From NCBI RefSeq assembly GCF_003918875.1, contig NW_025766503.1:620001-684000 (forward strand): 64,000 nucleotides of DNA, given 5' to 3'. Both the position numbers and the translations under genes were made by a program. This DNA comes from Haliotis rubra (taxonomy: Eukaryota). Below the pieces are notes generated by a model that was given only the letters and a program-made list of their open reading frames with translations, was not told the origin of the DNA and did not search any database. This document shows, in pieces, positions 51,901-64,000 of the stretch. Position 1 is the stretch's first letter. Each line of letters starts with the position of its first letter.

Positions 51901-53135
51901 CACATCACCGGTGGAGTGAGATGGCAATATGACTGTTAGCCTTGCCTCTGCTCACACATCACCGGTGGAGTGAGATGGCAATGTGACTGTTAGCCTTGCC
52001 TCTATTCACACATCACCAGTGGAATGAGGTGGCAATGTGACTGTTAGCCTTGCCTCTGTTCACACATCACCGGTGGAATGAGATGGCAATGTGGCTGTTA
52101 ACCTTGCCTCTGTTCACACATCACCAGTGGAGTGAGATGGCAATGTGACTGTTAACTTTGCCTCTGTTCACACATCACCGGTGGAATGAGATGGCAATGT
52201 GGCTGTTAACCTTGCCTCTGTTCACACATCACCGGTGGAGTGAGATGGCAATATGACTGTTAACTTTGCCTCGTTTCACACATCACCGGTGGAATGAGAT
52301 GGCAATGTGACTGTTAGCCTTGCCTCTATTCACACATCACCGGTGGAGTGAGATGGCAATGTGACTGTTAGCCTTGCCTCTGTTCACACATCACCGGTGG
52401 AGTGAGATGGCAATGTGAATGTTTACCTTGCCTCTGTTCACACATCACCGGTGGAATGAGATGGCAATGTGACTGTTAACCTTGCCTAGGTTCACATATC
52501 ACCGGTGGAGTGAGATGACAATGTGACTGTTAACCTAACATCTGTTCACACATCACCGGTGGAGTGAGATGGCAATGTGACTGTTAGCCTTGCCTCTGTT
52601 CACACATCACCGGTGGAATGAGATGGCAATGTGACTCTTAACATTGCCTCTGTTCACACATCACCGGTGGAATGAGATGACAATGTGACTCTTAACCTTA
52701 CATCTGTTCACACATTACCGGTGGAGTGAGATGCCAATGTCACTGTTAGCCTTGCCTCTGTTCACACATCACCGGTGGAGTGAGATGGCAATGTGACTGT
52801 TAACTTTGCCTCTATTCACACATCACCGGTGGAGTGAGATGCCAATGTCACTGTTAAGCTTGCCTCTTTTCACACATCACCGGTGGAGTGAGATGCCAAT
52901 GTCACTGTTTACCTTGCCTCTGTTCACACATCACCGGTGGAGAGAGATGGCAATGTGAATGTTAACCTTGCCTCTGTTCTCACATCACCGGTGGAGTGAG
53001 ATGGCAATGTGACTGTTAACCTTGCCTCTGTTCCCACATCACCGGTGGAGTGAGATGGCAATGTGACTGTTAACCTTGCCTCTGCTCACATATCACCGGT
53101 GGAATGATATGGTAATGTGACTGTTAACCTTGCGC
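48917..53135. repeat. 54-bp satellite CCTTGCCTCTGTTCACACATCACCGGTGGAGTGAGATGGCAATGTGACTGTTAA
   Basis: About 78 copies with period 54 (49021->49075). Contains the palindrome CACCGGTG. Confidence 0.98.
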
Positions 53136-53584
53136 TTCTCAGTCAACGTGGATGGTAAACTCCCCAGGGAACAGGGTAAGAACAACCAATGCATACTGAT
53201 CCACTGATTGGGATGATAACGGAATTAGCCCTGTGAGCGCCCTTCATCGGATGGACTACAATGCAATTATCTATTTTTATCCGCCATATTTACTCATCAG
53301 AAGTTTCGTCGAAGACAATGATAGGCTGGTTCGTGCACTTTTCTGAATAAACAGCCTTCAGCGAAGTCCACGTCTCTCCCGGCTTACATGAGTTGCGTGA
53401 GGGGGTGTAATGGCAACAAAGTAGGAAGGCTTCACATTAAATATGAAGTTAGTATATGGAAGAGCAGGCAGACAATCTTAACTGGTGAATCTTAACAAGA
53501 TGAATGTATACTTGATGTCGTGACAGTTTCCAAGTACAATAAATACGATAAATATGGTGGTGTAAATGCTTGTATGCGTTCTTA

Positions 53585-53757
53585 NNNNNNNNNNNNNNNN
53601 NNNNNNNNNNNNNNNNNNNNNNNNNNNNNNNNNNNNNNNNNNNNNNNNNNNNNNNNNNNNNNNNNNNNNNNNNNNNNNNNNNNNNNNNNNNNNNNNNNNN
53701 NNNNNNNNNNNNNNNNNNNNNNNNNNNNNNNNNNNNNNNNNNNNNNNNNNNNNNNNN
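53585..53757. other. Assembly gap (173 N)
   Basis: Run of N. Confidence 1.
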
Positions 53758-53864
53758 ACAAGTACAATATGAATGAGCCCCACCACCCCCACCCCACCCC
53801 AACCTTTAGATAGAAACACCATTTGGCACTTACGGCAACGTTGTCAACAATCCAATTAGACCAT

Positions 53865-54620
53865 AGTGGCCGCCCACCAGTAACGACCCCGCGTCAAGAA
53901 CGATGGATTCGAACCGAGCACAGTTGACACAGGTTCCAGCCAGCTGCCTTTATAGCCATGCCTTGCAAAAGAGCTCGACGACGTCTATGCGTATACGGTA
54001 TCCGTTCAAGCCGCCTGGCCTGACGGACAATTCTGACGTCAGAACATCGACGTCGACGTCTCGGTGGAGCAGATAATAATTGCGATAGGGAGCACGTGAA
54101 TGGAGAAGAGTTCTCTTTACCCATGAGTCACGTTTCTTTCTTCACAGAGCTGACGGAGGGACATTGGTCTGCAAGGTAAACTTTCAATCAACCCATTTGT
54201 TCTGGAAGTAGGTGATGGTGTTATGATCTGGGGTGAATTAATAGCTGCAGAAATAACACCAATGATTGTAATGAGGGGAACATGAATGCTTTAAGGCACC
54301 GAGACAAACTTTTGCAAAAGGCATCTTTTTGTAACGGCCCATTGAGTGACATTCCAACACAATAACGCCAGACCACGCGCTGCTCCAGTTGTACAGTAGA
54401 ATCTGAATCAGAACAATGTTAATGTGTTTTCCTTACCCGCAAGATCCCCGATATGTCACCCATTGAACACGTCTTGGATGAACTGGAGCGGTGTTTACGA
54501 CGTCATCGGAATCCTCGAGCAACGCTGCAGGACAACGCTCGGACATGGAATGGTCTTCCCCCGTACTTTGGCAATGAGATGAAGGTGCCACATGGACACA
54601 CTCGCTACTGGCCGTGTGAG
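53865..54620 (+). mobile_element. Degenerate Tc1 transposase
   Basis: RARRRLCVYGIRSSRLA, VLFTHESRF, GVMIWG, FQHNNARP, PARSPDMSPIEHVLDELER and GHTRY. Confidence 0.88.
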
Positions 54621-55809
54621 GTTGCTTGTGAACCCCTCTTGGGTTGTGTTTAAGGATTGCTGATCGTTACTATACCTTGAAGCATTTGTCTTTCCATGTA
54701 ATAACATTTCATTGCCGGAAGTAAAAGTTTAACACGGATTCTGTTTGTTGTGTGCGTATATTTAGCGATTGAGACTTGAATCATTTTTTCGCATTTCCAA
54801 CTCCAACAGAAGATCAATCTGACAGAAATGTCACTGCATACCAGTTCCCTAGTGACCTCATGTTTGAGTACGACTGGAAATTGTTGTAGTCTATGCATAT
54901 TGGCGACATTCCTTATGGAAAATGACATTGCCATATTCAGCTGTCTTTGTATGGCACGTTTAAGAATGGACAATAAAAATTCAATATTCCCATGCATTCT
55001 TAATCATGCGCAAAGAATCAATGAATTTTATGTGATGACTTTTATTCATGTTTGAAATTGAAGGACTCATAAAAACTGTGCCTCAATTGTTTCCTTGTTA
55101 GTTGGGAAGTACAGTACATAACAGGATTACTTACGTATTCTAGAAGTCATGGAATGTCATTGGGAATATTATAGATTTGTTGCATTGGTAGGATGAAAGG
55201 TCTTTCTGACCTGACCCTTAAAGGGGTGTCCTAAGATTTTTGTCTTGCGGTAGCGAGAACGACATGAGACATTAGTATTTAAATGTCTTTCAACCTATCT
55301 ATCAACTTAAGTATTGAGTTCAAAATGACGACAATCTGAATTACAAATTTGCATACCTTTAGCGCAATTCATTCCATTATTACCAATTGCATCAGATTGA
55401 TTGGCCTCTCATTTCCCCCGGGCGGTCACCAGAGGAACAGACCATGTCGAGATGGGTATCTCGGTGTCATGGACGTATCTAGCTGTAGTTACAGGCTGTC
55501 AGAGGGAACGCGGTAAGTTGTAATCAGTGCAACAGATGCCTCCCCACCATGTAAGCTCTATCACCACACGGTGACATGGAACGAGCGAGGACCAAGAAGA
55601 GGAAATGACATGTAACACGAAGGCAGTATTGTCCAAGTGCTGAAAATATTGGAAACTGCATTTAACTCTTTGGCGCCACGTCGATGTTCTGTTAGTGTTG
55701 GTCACAATATACATGAGAGAATTATATTTACCAAGTAGAAACCACACAAGAGTGTGAAACGCTAAAGCTAGCTGTGGAGAAGCTATACTGAAAGACGTTG
55801 ATGTATATA

Positions 55810-56380
55810 TACACTACAGCAGTAATCAAGCACTACTCACGTTTTTCGGTATCAGTACCAAAACACTACATGTTGCTGTATATGACTTGAAATTCATATA
55901 AAACAGAAATTGAAATTTGGTTACAATCTGCTTGCAATCTGAGAGGAATACACAAAAAAACGTAAATATCAGCAATGACTACGCCATGACTACGCCACCA
56001 ATCTGATTGTCACATAATACTCAAATGATTGTTGTGGTTGTATGACCCACCACAGGTGATCACATCAGCACGTGGTGTAGCCACTCCTCGCGCGCATAGC
56101 ATCTGTTATAACCCATCTTATGCTGGGAGAAACATAGGTAATTTTGACTAAACTGACTTGCCTTAGGTGAGACCTCATGTGTGCTTCGTTGTGGGGCAGG
56201 ACAGAAGTCCTTGAAACTCTCAGATGTCAAGCTGCCAAACACGGTCACCCATCCCAGGACTCTCCGTGACCAACGTTGCTAAACTTTACCTGATTTGTGA
56301 CCTGCGCTCTATGCACAAGACCACACACCACCACGTCATTTTACATTATACCCAGGAAGTACTTGTCACGGACATGCGGT
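55810..56380 (-). mobile_element. Short Tc1 N-terminal remnant
   Basis: TIR-like TACACTACAGCAGTAATCAAGCACT at about 55810. Minus-strand TSESFKD...EVSP weakly resembles the TGSVKDRPRSGRP region. Confidence 0.35.
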
Positions 56381-56462
56381 CAGTCATTCACTGTCCTTGA
56401 TGTTCAAGACATGCAGTCTGTCAGTGTCCTTGATATCACAGTTAGCAATGTACTCGGGTCAG

Positions 56463-56525
56463 TTTTGTTTGTGTGCTTGTTTGTTGTTTAACGCCGCACT
56501 CCGCAATTGTCCAGCTATACGGCTT
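56463..56525 (-). mobile_element. SINE 3' tail fragment
   Basis: TTGTTTGTTGTTTAACGCCGCACTCCGCAATTGTCCAGCTATA, the antisense of a GCGGCGTTAAACAA(CAAA)n tail typical of molluscan SINEs (from memory). Confidence 0.55.
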
Positions 56526-56899
56526 TCTGACATAGGTGGCAATCAGTACATGGACACGTGGAAAGGAATCGGTGTTGTATCTAATCGGCGAGTTATCTAA
56601 TGACGATAATCATTTCTTTTTAAAAAACCCATGTATGCGTGTATAATATTGAAAAAAAAATATATAGCATTCATTTATAAAGGTCAATACGTTGCCATGA
56701 ACACCGACATAAATGTACAATCCGTCCCATACGACGATAAATGTTGGATGAGTGTATAGAAACAAGATGTAATTTATAATGACAAATTAATGACTTTTCC
56801 ATAAGAATTAAACTTTGAACTCATACGTGGGAAAACAAACGATAAACCAATCCCGCCTTCCTCTGTGGGCATTTCCCAACTCAGAAGGCCAATGGTCAC

Positions 56900-58015
56900 A
56901 GTGAAGTAACGCTCTGGAAATATGAAATGCCATTCCAGCTTTGTGTTAGACCTGTCAGGAGGTGATATCGTATGCAACAGTTTCAAGAAAGTAGTATCAG
57001 AGAGTATGTTTTCAAAAGCTAATTTATCTTTAGAAACATTCCTGCCTCTAAACCCCGCAGACAGGTCAATTCCTCTTCCGTGCTGGATTCGAAAGCTAAA
57101 AAGACAGAAATATACAGCTCTGTCCAACAAATCTCAAAGATTAATAATAACCCATGTGCAATATTAAAAACGCAATGGATTTGTTTTAATGTTTACGGCT
57201 ATGTCAAAGCATTTGTTGTTTTAGCGCATCCCTATCACAAATGGCAAACTTATGGAAAAACTCATTTCCTTATCCATGGGCCCTGTCACTTAGCGTGTTA
57301 AGGACAATTTGTCAAGAGTGAAACCTAAACAATTACCACCTGAGTTATACTGAAATAAGGAAACTACGTGAATTCTGGACTTCCTCCCTGCTAACATCCA
57401 ATATGAAAAGGTCATGTATGCAAAAGAAAGTCATCCCAATGGGAGCCAATTATGCCCCCCTTGGCTGATCTCTTTCTGTAAACAGAAAAGCAAGCATTTC
57501 TCCTCGGATTGGGAAATTCAAACAAGAGAACTCGGCCCAGAGGTTTATCTTAAGCTTCAGTTATATCGATGAGATGACAATGTTCGACAAGGGTCAAATA
57601 GCCACTACAGACCCACTGATTTACAGACGTGTACTGGAAATAACACAAACCAATGTAACCGCCTCGTTTCCCTTTATGTCCCTCAGGCTCCAGTAGACAA
57701 GCAGCTCCAGCATTCGGTGCCCACTTTCATAACTTGCAGGTACAGTGGAACATGAATATGTCAAAGACCACCATAAGATTATGGATCAACAAGGGTTACG
57801 GTAGTCAAGGCCTTAGTAAATATTTTTAAAATTATGGCAGACATGTGGAGGATAGGACGCATCGGTGACAAAAATAAATTCCGATGCTATTGCCTGTTTT
57901 GACTTTTACTGCATTTGCCCGTGTTGCTTCAGGTTAACGAGTACCTTTGCCTTTACATGTGACGGTGCCACCGGTGTGGATGATACGCTTACGTATTAAC
58001 TAGCATATAGTGTCA
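56900..58015 (+). mobile_element. Penelope-like retroelement RT remnant, heavily decayed
   Basis: Ordered motifs IPLPCWIRKL (YWIPKL), AILKT (WILKN), ILDFLPANI, IPMGANYAP-LADLFL, SFSYIDE (FRYIDD) and NKGY...NYGRH. Confidence 0.8.
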
Positions 58016-58160
58016 TCACTATCAGCGATCGTCCAGCAATCTACACAAAGTGGATACGTTGACATGTGACAGTCGACGAGCCTGGTCATCAGATTCCGTA
58101 AGTCGCCTCTTATAAGTATGGGTTGCTGAAAAACAGCTCTAAGCCGGATCTTTACGGGTT
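58016..58160 (-). mobile_element. SINE-like repeat fragment
   Basis: AGTCGCCTCTTA...ATGGGTTGCTGAA...CTAAGCCGGATCTTTACGGG resembles an abundant abalone SINE-like repeat as I recall it. Not verified. Confidence 0.5.
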
Positions 58161-58968
58161 CTCAAGGGCGGTTCTCATGAGAACCATGGTGCCTCAAGGA
58201 TAGAGTCACAGGATACAAACCACAACTGTCTCCAGAACCTTGGCATCCATGGGAGGCCGTTTGTCATGACCACCCTCACCCTTTGATTTGAATTGCTTGT
58301 AAAGGTGCTTTTTAAGGGTTTATTTTGTTTGATAGATTTATTTTTCTTTTCCATTTCTTTCTTTTTTTCTGTCCAATCTTTAATTTTGTTTTAAGGGAAT
58401 CAACAATTTGGACTTATATCTTTTCTGCGCGTTATTTGGCATTTCATTTTAAATTTTCTTCAAAGTGACATTTGTATTTATGACGCTGGATTCCCTAATG
58501 ATCTAAGTTTAAGGCACATCTCAATCCAGGAAAAGTGTTTTCTTGTTTCAGGTAGTTTTACCTGCAACAGGGTTGTCTTTTTCATATCATTAGATGGATT
58601 TTCTTTGGAAACTGTGCGAGGTTCCTCCATAGTTCCTTCGAGCGGCGGCATATGCACAACAATTAGCTTTGTGTAACGAACAGTCCGTAGAAAGTTTCAA
58701 AAGAAACGATTTCAATTGTTAAATTAATTTAATGCTTCGGGAAAGGCTCATTAAGCTGTTTAATTGGTCTCCGTTTTTCTACAGATAAATGCTACATTTT
58801 ATCACAAATATACATAAACAAAATGTAAAAAGGGCAGATTAGCAACTGAGGAAATGAAGAATGAGGTTAGGAAAATTCGGGGTCATGTGAGATTTTATTC
58901 GAAAGAGGAAAGACGTTGACGTAGACATCCTGTTGAAGGTTTGGTCTGCTGCCACTCGGGCATTCTGC

Positions 58969-59526
58969 TCATGCCAAGTTCCTGACTGGCTCCAGTTGTG
59001 GGCTCATCTGGCCCACGGCGCATGTGAAGTTAAGGCGCCGGGGTTGGTCTCGGGGATTTTGCTCCGTCACGTAAGCATACACTGTCATAACATTTTCCCA
59101 ATGCAGCTGCAGCAACTTGCAATTAATGCGGGGACTGTCAGGCCACACTGTCGGTTTTGCACACTCAAGTGGTGTGGTTTTAACATGGTTTGACCAAGAA
59201 ATTCTTCTCCTAGAGCAAGTCCCATCTCCAGTATGCGTGGTTTCTTTGGCGCCTGTTTGGTCTGTAACCCAGTGGAAAACCAGTTTCGGGAGTTCAGCCC
59301 TAACTTGGTGATGTACGTTTAGTTCAGGAAATATAAACATTTCCCTATCTAGGCCCACCACAGAGAGGCGTACATCATCACTCCCTTATCATAAATGTTT
59401 TGTCGCTGTTGTTTCCCTCAGCATAAAGACGAAAATCTGCTCTCCTTGTTTGACAAGAGGTATCCTCAGAACAACGCATGGCAAAAGTAATATGATTAAA
59501 GGAGATGCAGAGACAGAGACTTCCAT
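58969..59526 (-). pseudogene. Disrupted 186-codon frame with signal-peptide-like start and possible WIF-like domain
   Basis: ORFs 59389..59598 and 58969..59361 share a frame, separated only by TGA TAA and GSDDVRLS. The domain resemblance was judged by eye. Confidence 0.25.
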
Positions 59527-60189
59527 TTGTGATGTCTCCAGTAACTTTATGTATAACAGATGTACAAGCTTGACACAACACACCAGTACCGAGAACACAG
59601 TATAGTCATGGCACAGCAGTGCACGTTTACCCCACGCTGTGGTCTATAGTATTGACATGAGAAAAAATCTCTAACGACTCACACAGTGTGAGTTTCACAT
59701 GTACTTCGGGTTCTATGTCACTTTGAAGTCACTCTTTTTGAACAAAAAAATAAATTGCAAAGTGGTCATGCTTCTCAACAAGGGATTAGAAACTTTTTTA
59801 ATGTGATCTCTTGGGAAATAAATACATAAAAGCATGCACATCAAGAGCATTAAGAGGATTACGATTAAGACTATCACAGGTTCAGAACCTAATGTCAGAT
59901 AATAGCGGCGTAAAAACAGCAACACAACATACCACGATGTTATAGCAAGCCAAAAAGAGGAAAGAGAAATTGTGAAGTAATGGTTACTTTTCTTTTAAAA
60001 TGGCTTCCGTAGCAGATAATCCAACACACGTTTCCCCAGTTCTCGTGGACTCGACAATGGAAAAGTAGGGACGGACGACCAACACATATATATGAAGTAT
60101 ATATACTAAGCAAACCACAGACAGGTACAATACATCTTCATTCAGTAGAGTGGACTATACAGTGCCAAAGTAAAGGGAGGCTAGATATT

Positions 60190-61928
60190 TTTACGTCCCT
60201 GTTTACGGACGGGTGGTACACACCCAAGTTCCAGCATACAAGGGTAGACATATTCATGTCCCTGTGTACAGACGGGTGGTACATACCCAAGTTCCAGGAT
60301 ACAAGGGTAGACATATTCATGTCCCTGTGTACAGACGGGTGGTACATACCCAAGTTCCAGGATACAAGGGTAGACATATTCATGTCCCTGTGTACAGACG
60401 GGTGGTACACACCCAAGTTCCAGGATACAAGGGTAGACATATTCATGTCCCTGTGTACAGACGGGTGGTACACACCCAAGTTCCAGGATACAAGGGTAGA
60501 CATATTCATGTCCCTGTGTACAGACGGGTGGTACATACCCAAGTTCCAGCATACAAGGGTAGACATATTCATTCCCTGTGTACAGACGGGTGGTACACAC
60601 CCAAGTTCCAGGATACAAGGGTAGACATATTCATGTCCCTGTGTACAGACTACCCAAGTTCCAGGGTAGACATATTCATGTCCCTGTGTACAGACGGGTG
60701 GTACATACCCAAGTTCCAGGATACAAGGGTAGACATATTCATGTCCCTGTGTACAGACGGGTGGTACATACCCAAGTTCCAGGATACAAGGGTAGACATA
60801 TTCATGTCCCTACAGACGGGTGGTACATACCCAAGTTGTACAGACGGGTGGTACATACCCAAGTTCCAGGATACAAGGGTAGACATATTCATGTCCCTGT
60901 GTACAGACGGGTGGTACATACCCAAGTTCCAGGATACAAGGGTAGACATATTCATGTCCCTGTGTACAGACGGGTGGTACACACCCAAGTTCCAGGATAC
61001 AAGGGTAGACATATTCATGTCGCTGTGTACAGACGGGTGGTACATACCCAAGTTCCAGGATACAAGGGTAGACATATTCATGTCGCTGTGTACAGACGGG
61101 TGGTACACACCCAAGTTCCAGGATACAAGGGTAGACATATTCATGTCTGTGTACAGACGGGTGGTACATACCCTGTGTACAGACGGGTGGTACAGATACC
61201 CAAGTTCCAGGATACAAGGGTAGACATATTCATGTCCCTGTGTACAGACGGGTGGTACACACCCAAGTTCCAGGATACAAGGGTAGACATATTCATGTCG
61301 CTGTGTACAGACGGGTGGTACATACCCAAGTTCCAGGATACAAGGGTAGACATATTCATGTCGCTGTGTACAGACGGGTGGTACACACCCAAGTTCCAGG
61401 ATACAAGGGTAGACATATTCATGTCGCTGTGTACAGACGGGTGGTACATACCCAAGTTCCAGGATACAAGGGTAGACATATTCATGTCGCTGTGTACAGA
61501 CGGGTGGTACACACCCAAGTTCCAGGATACAAGGGTAGACATATTCATATCCCTGTGTACAGACGGGTGGTACACACCCAAGTTCCAGGATACAAGGGTA
61601 GACATATTCATGTCGCTGTGTACAGACGGGTGGTACATACCCAAGTTCCAGCATACAAGGGTAGACATATTCATGTCCCTGTGTACAGACGGGTGGAACA
61701 CACCCAAGTTCCAGCATACAAGGGTAGACATATTCATGTCCCTGTGTACAGACGGGTGGAACACACCCAAGTTCCAGCATACAAGGGTAGACATATTCAT
61801 GTCCCTGTGTACAGACGGGTGGAACACACCCAAGTTCCAGCATACAAGGGTAGACATATTCATGTCCCTGTGTACAGACGGGTGGAACACACCCAAGTTC
61901 CAGGATACAAGGGTAGACATATTCATGT
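60190..61928. repeat. 63-bp satellite GTCCCTGTGTACAGACGGGTGGTACATACCCAAGTTCCAGGATACAAGGGTAGACATATTCAT
   Basis: About 28 highly similar copies, a few truncated. Explains all the 21-aa-repeat ORFs. Confidence 0.98.
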
Positions 61929-62329
61929 TAATGTGAGATTCATGATCCAGTGGTGAAGGCATGCCTGGACATTGTCTGCTTGACATGAGTACTTGTCTTC
62001 ATCAAGCAGAATAACATTGCTTAGTTTTTCCCGTTTACAGTCTATAATGTCCACAGCGTGTCACTCATGGAGACGATGGTTGGCAATGAGAAATAAGCAT
62101 GGTCGCCAAATACGGGGATGATTACTGAGCCGCGCAATACGGAAGAAGAGAAAAACATATGGAGATTGTCTGTATGACACACTGTGATATCAGACACGGC
62201 GTCAATATAGTGTCATAATCCGATTGAACATATAATCTGCTGAACACACGGGTTTATACACAAAAGATCACAAAGGGACGTCACTGATGTTTTGTATACT
62301 CATGCAGTGTATATATGCACAGCGGAATA

Positions 62330-63082
62330 CCTTGATGCAAGTACCGTTTGGCGGGGGTACATTGATGGTGTGAAGGTGCCAAAACTGGAGGGTAAACTAG
62401 ACCTTGTGACGATCAGACAAAATCTAAATGGACAACGGTACATCAAAGACATCCTGGACAGTGTTGTTGTACCACTTTTCGATCACCACCCTCCGAACAC
62501 AAGGCTAATCTTTATAGCCGACAATGCTAGTCCACATCTTGCCCTTGCCGCTGGTGATTTCTTCGTCAAGAGGCGGTAGCAACTCTACACTGGCCCGCTA
62601 GACGTCCCAATCTCGGCCCAATAGAGCATGTTTGGGACATAACTGGTCGCTGAATACGGAAGAGAGATGCTCCAAAATCTTGATGTATTTTAACAAGCCT
62701 TACACCAAGAATGCACCTCAAAGTCAAATTCCACATCTGATACAGTCAGTGAGGAGGAGCGTCAGGTGTATTTTGTGACATCAAATAGGGCTCGGTTTTC
62801 GATACTTGTGTGATTTCTAGAGAACTGTATGCCAGAATCTTGAACATGACTGCAGATGTTAACGTCACACGAGCATAATTATCAAAATTAAAAATGAGTA
62901 ATGTTTTGCCATTTCCCTTCTGTGAATAAATTTTCTTTTTCCGTTCAGGTTTGCCATTTAATCATTCATTGAGAATCAATTTATCTATTTAGGTTTGGAT
63001 AACTTCATTTGATGTGGTTAATACTAACACATTGATATTATGAAAAATATGGGGCGTCGCGATACTTTTTCCATGTGTATAC
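62330..63082 (+). mobile_element. Tc1 C-terminal fragment with 3' TIR; same subfamily as 24653-25920
   Basis: KLDLVTIRQNLNGQRYIKDILDSVVVPLFDHHPPNTRLIFIADNASPH and LHWPARRPNLGPIEHVWD. The end ACTTTTTCCATGTGTATA resembles ACTTTGTTCCATGTGTAGTATA at about 25900. Confidence 0.88.
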
Positions 63083-64000
63083 TAAAATCTATGTGAAAGC
63101 TTTTGTCCAAAATACCTTGTTTCGTTTTGCCAACCTGAGCAGAAATCCTGATTCGTATGCTTGGAGGAGAGTACAATTGACGCCCTCTTCTTGTCTAAAT
63201 GATTTTAAACTTTACGTTCGTGTTATTAGTGCTGAATTCCAGCATTTTGTTTTCTCAGTAAACCTCACATGACATCAGGGTAAATGTATGCTTCATGTAC
63301 CAAGGAAGTATAGTGGTGTCCAAAGGTGAAAAATAGAACTCATCTCGGTCCGTTTCTGACATTGTAACAAAGTAAAGCAAATTCTTTGCGTTTCCAAAAA
63401 TCCACAGGTTATTAATTTCGCTTGTGTTAAATACTCTTTATAAATAAGGAGAAAATCTTTCCTTGATAGTAATAAGCATTAGGGTTAATCTTTGAGACAG
63501 GGATTGGGTGGTAAATTTGCTAGACTCGGCAATATATCTCTCTTTGTACGGCTTTTTATGGAGCTTTGGAATCCAGTACAAAAAGGCGTCTTCGGGTTTT
63601 AGAGTCAAGCGAGCAAAGTAGATACTACTAGTAACAATGAATGGTTCTGATTTCTTCCTCAGTTAATGATTCCATATGTCACGTGCGCTTGGCTCTTTGA
63701 TCAAACAATTATTGTAGTTGTATTACTATACCATGCGGAAAACAGAGACCTGTGCAACGTGATAATATACATCTGAATGGCCTCAGTAACCAATCACAAT
63801 GAAGTATTTACTCAAGTCATGGTAGAATTACGTATAATGGTCATGTTACTTCAGGCCTTGTCAGTGGGGACAACTACAAACTTTTCACGTTGGGCAGCCA
63901 GACTTTGGATGAAAGCTGGCTGGGACAGAAACGGCTTATTCCAATACTGTTCCTCTTTTACAGTTGCATTCTACCTAGGACAACACCACACACTGATTTG

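Noticed and set aside
60138-61986. Long ORFs of 118-452 aa on both strands
   Set aside because: Translations of the 63-bp satellite. They overlap in several frames, switch frame at truncated units and have no unique domain.

Overview
Gene-poor, repeat-saturated animal genomic DNA, probably molluscan. Two SINE-like pieces resemble repeats I recall from abalone (Haliotis) assemblies, which I could not verify. I can support no intact protein-coding gene, rRNA, functional tRNA or CRISPR array. Roughly 25 kb (about 39%) is tandem repeat from at least eight unit types (25, 30, 34-35, 36-38, 54, 63, 67-69 and 84-87 bp). The rest is mostly decayed transposons: about ten Tc1 (DD34E-type) remnants, three CR1/L2-group LINE fragments, Penelope-like RT and GIY-YIG remnants, a FLYWCH (Mutator-like) scrap, MITEs and tRNA-derived heads. 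There are two N gaps. All ORFs longer than 200 aa are translations of satellites. The most notable structures are: (1) a 1.5 kb TIR element with a 9-bp TSD, inserted in a satellite, that carries a nested (TTAGGG)n MITE and a tRNA-like cassette; (2) two covarying atypical hammerhead-ribozyme-like motifs; (3) a 141-nt hairpin with three tandem GA/GA mismatches; (4) a head-to-head Tc1 pair bounded by matching outer TIRs; (5) multi-tier higher-order satellite structure; (6) a 2.7 kb CpG-rich block inside a satellite that is most likely a base-calling artefact; (7) a disrupted ORF with a possible WIF-like domain. Boundaries of degenerate elements are approximate (tens of bp).
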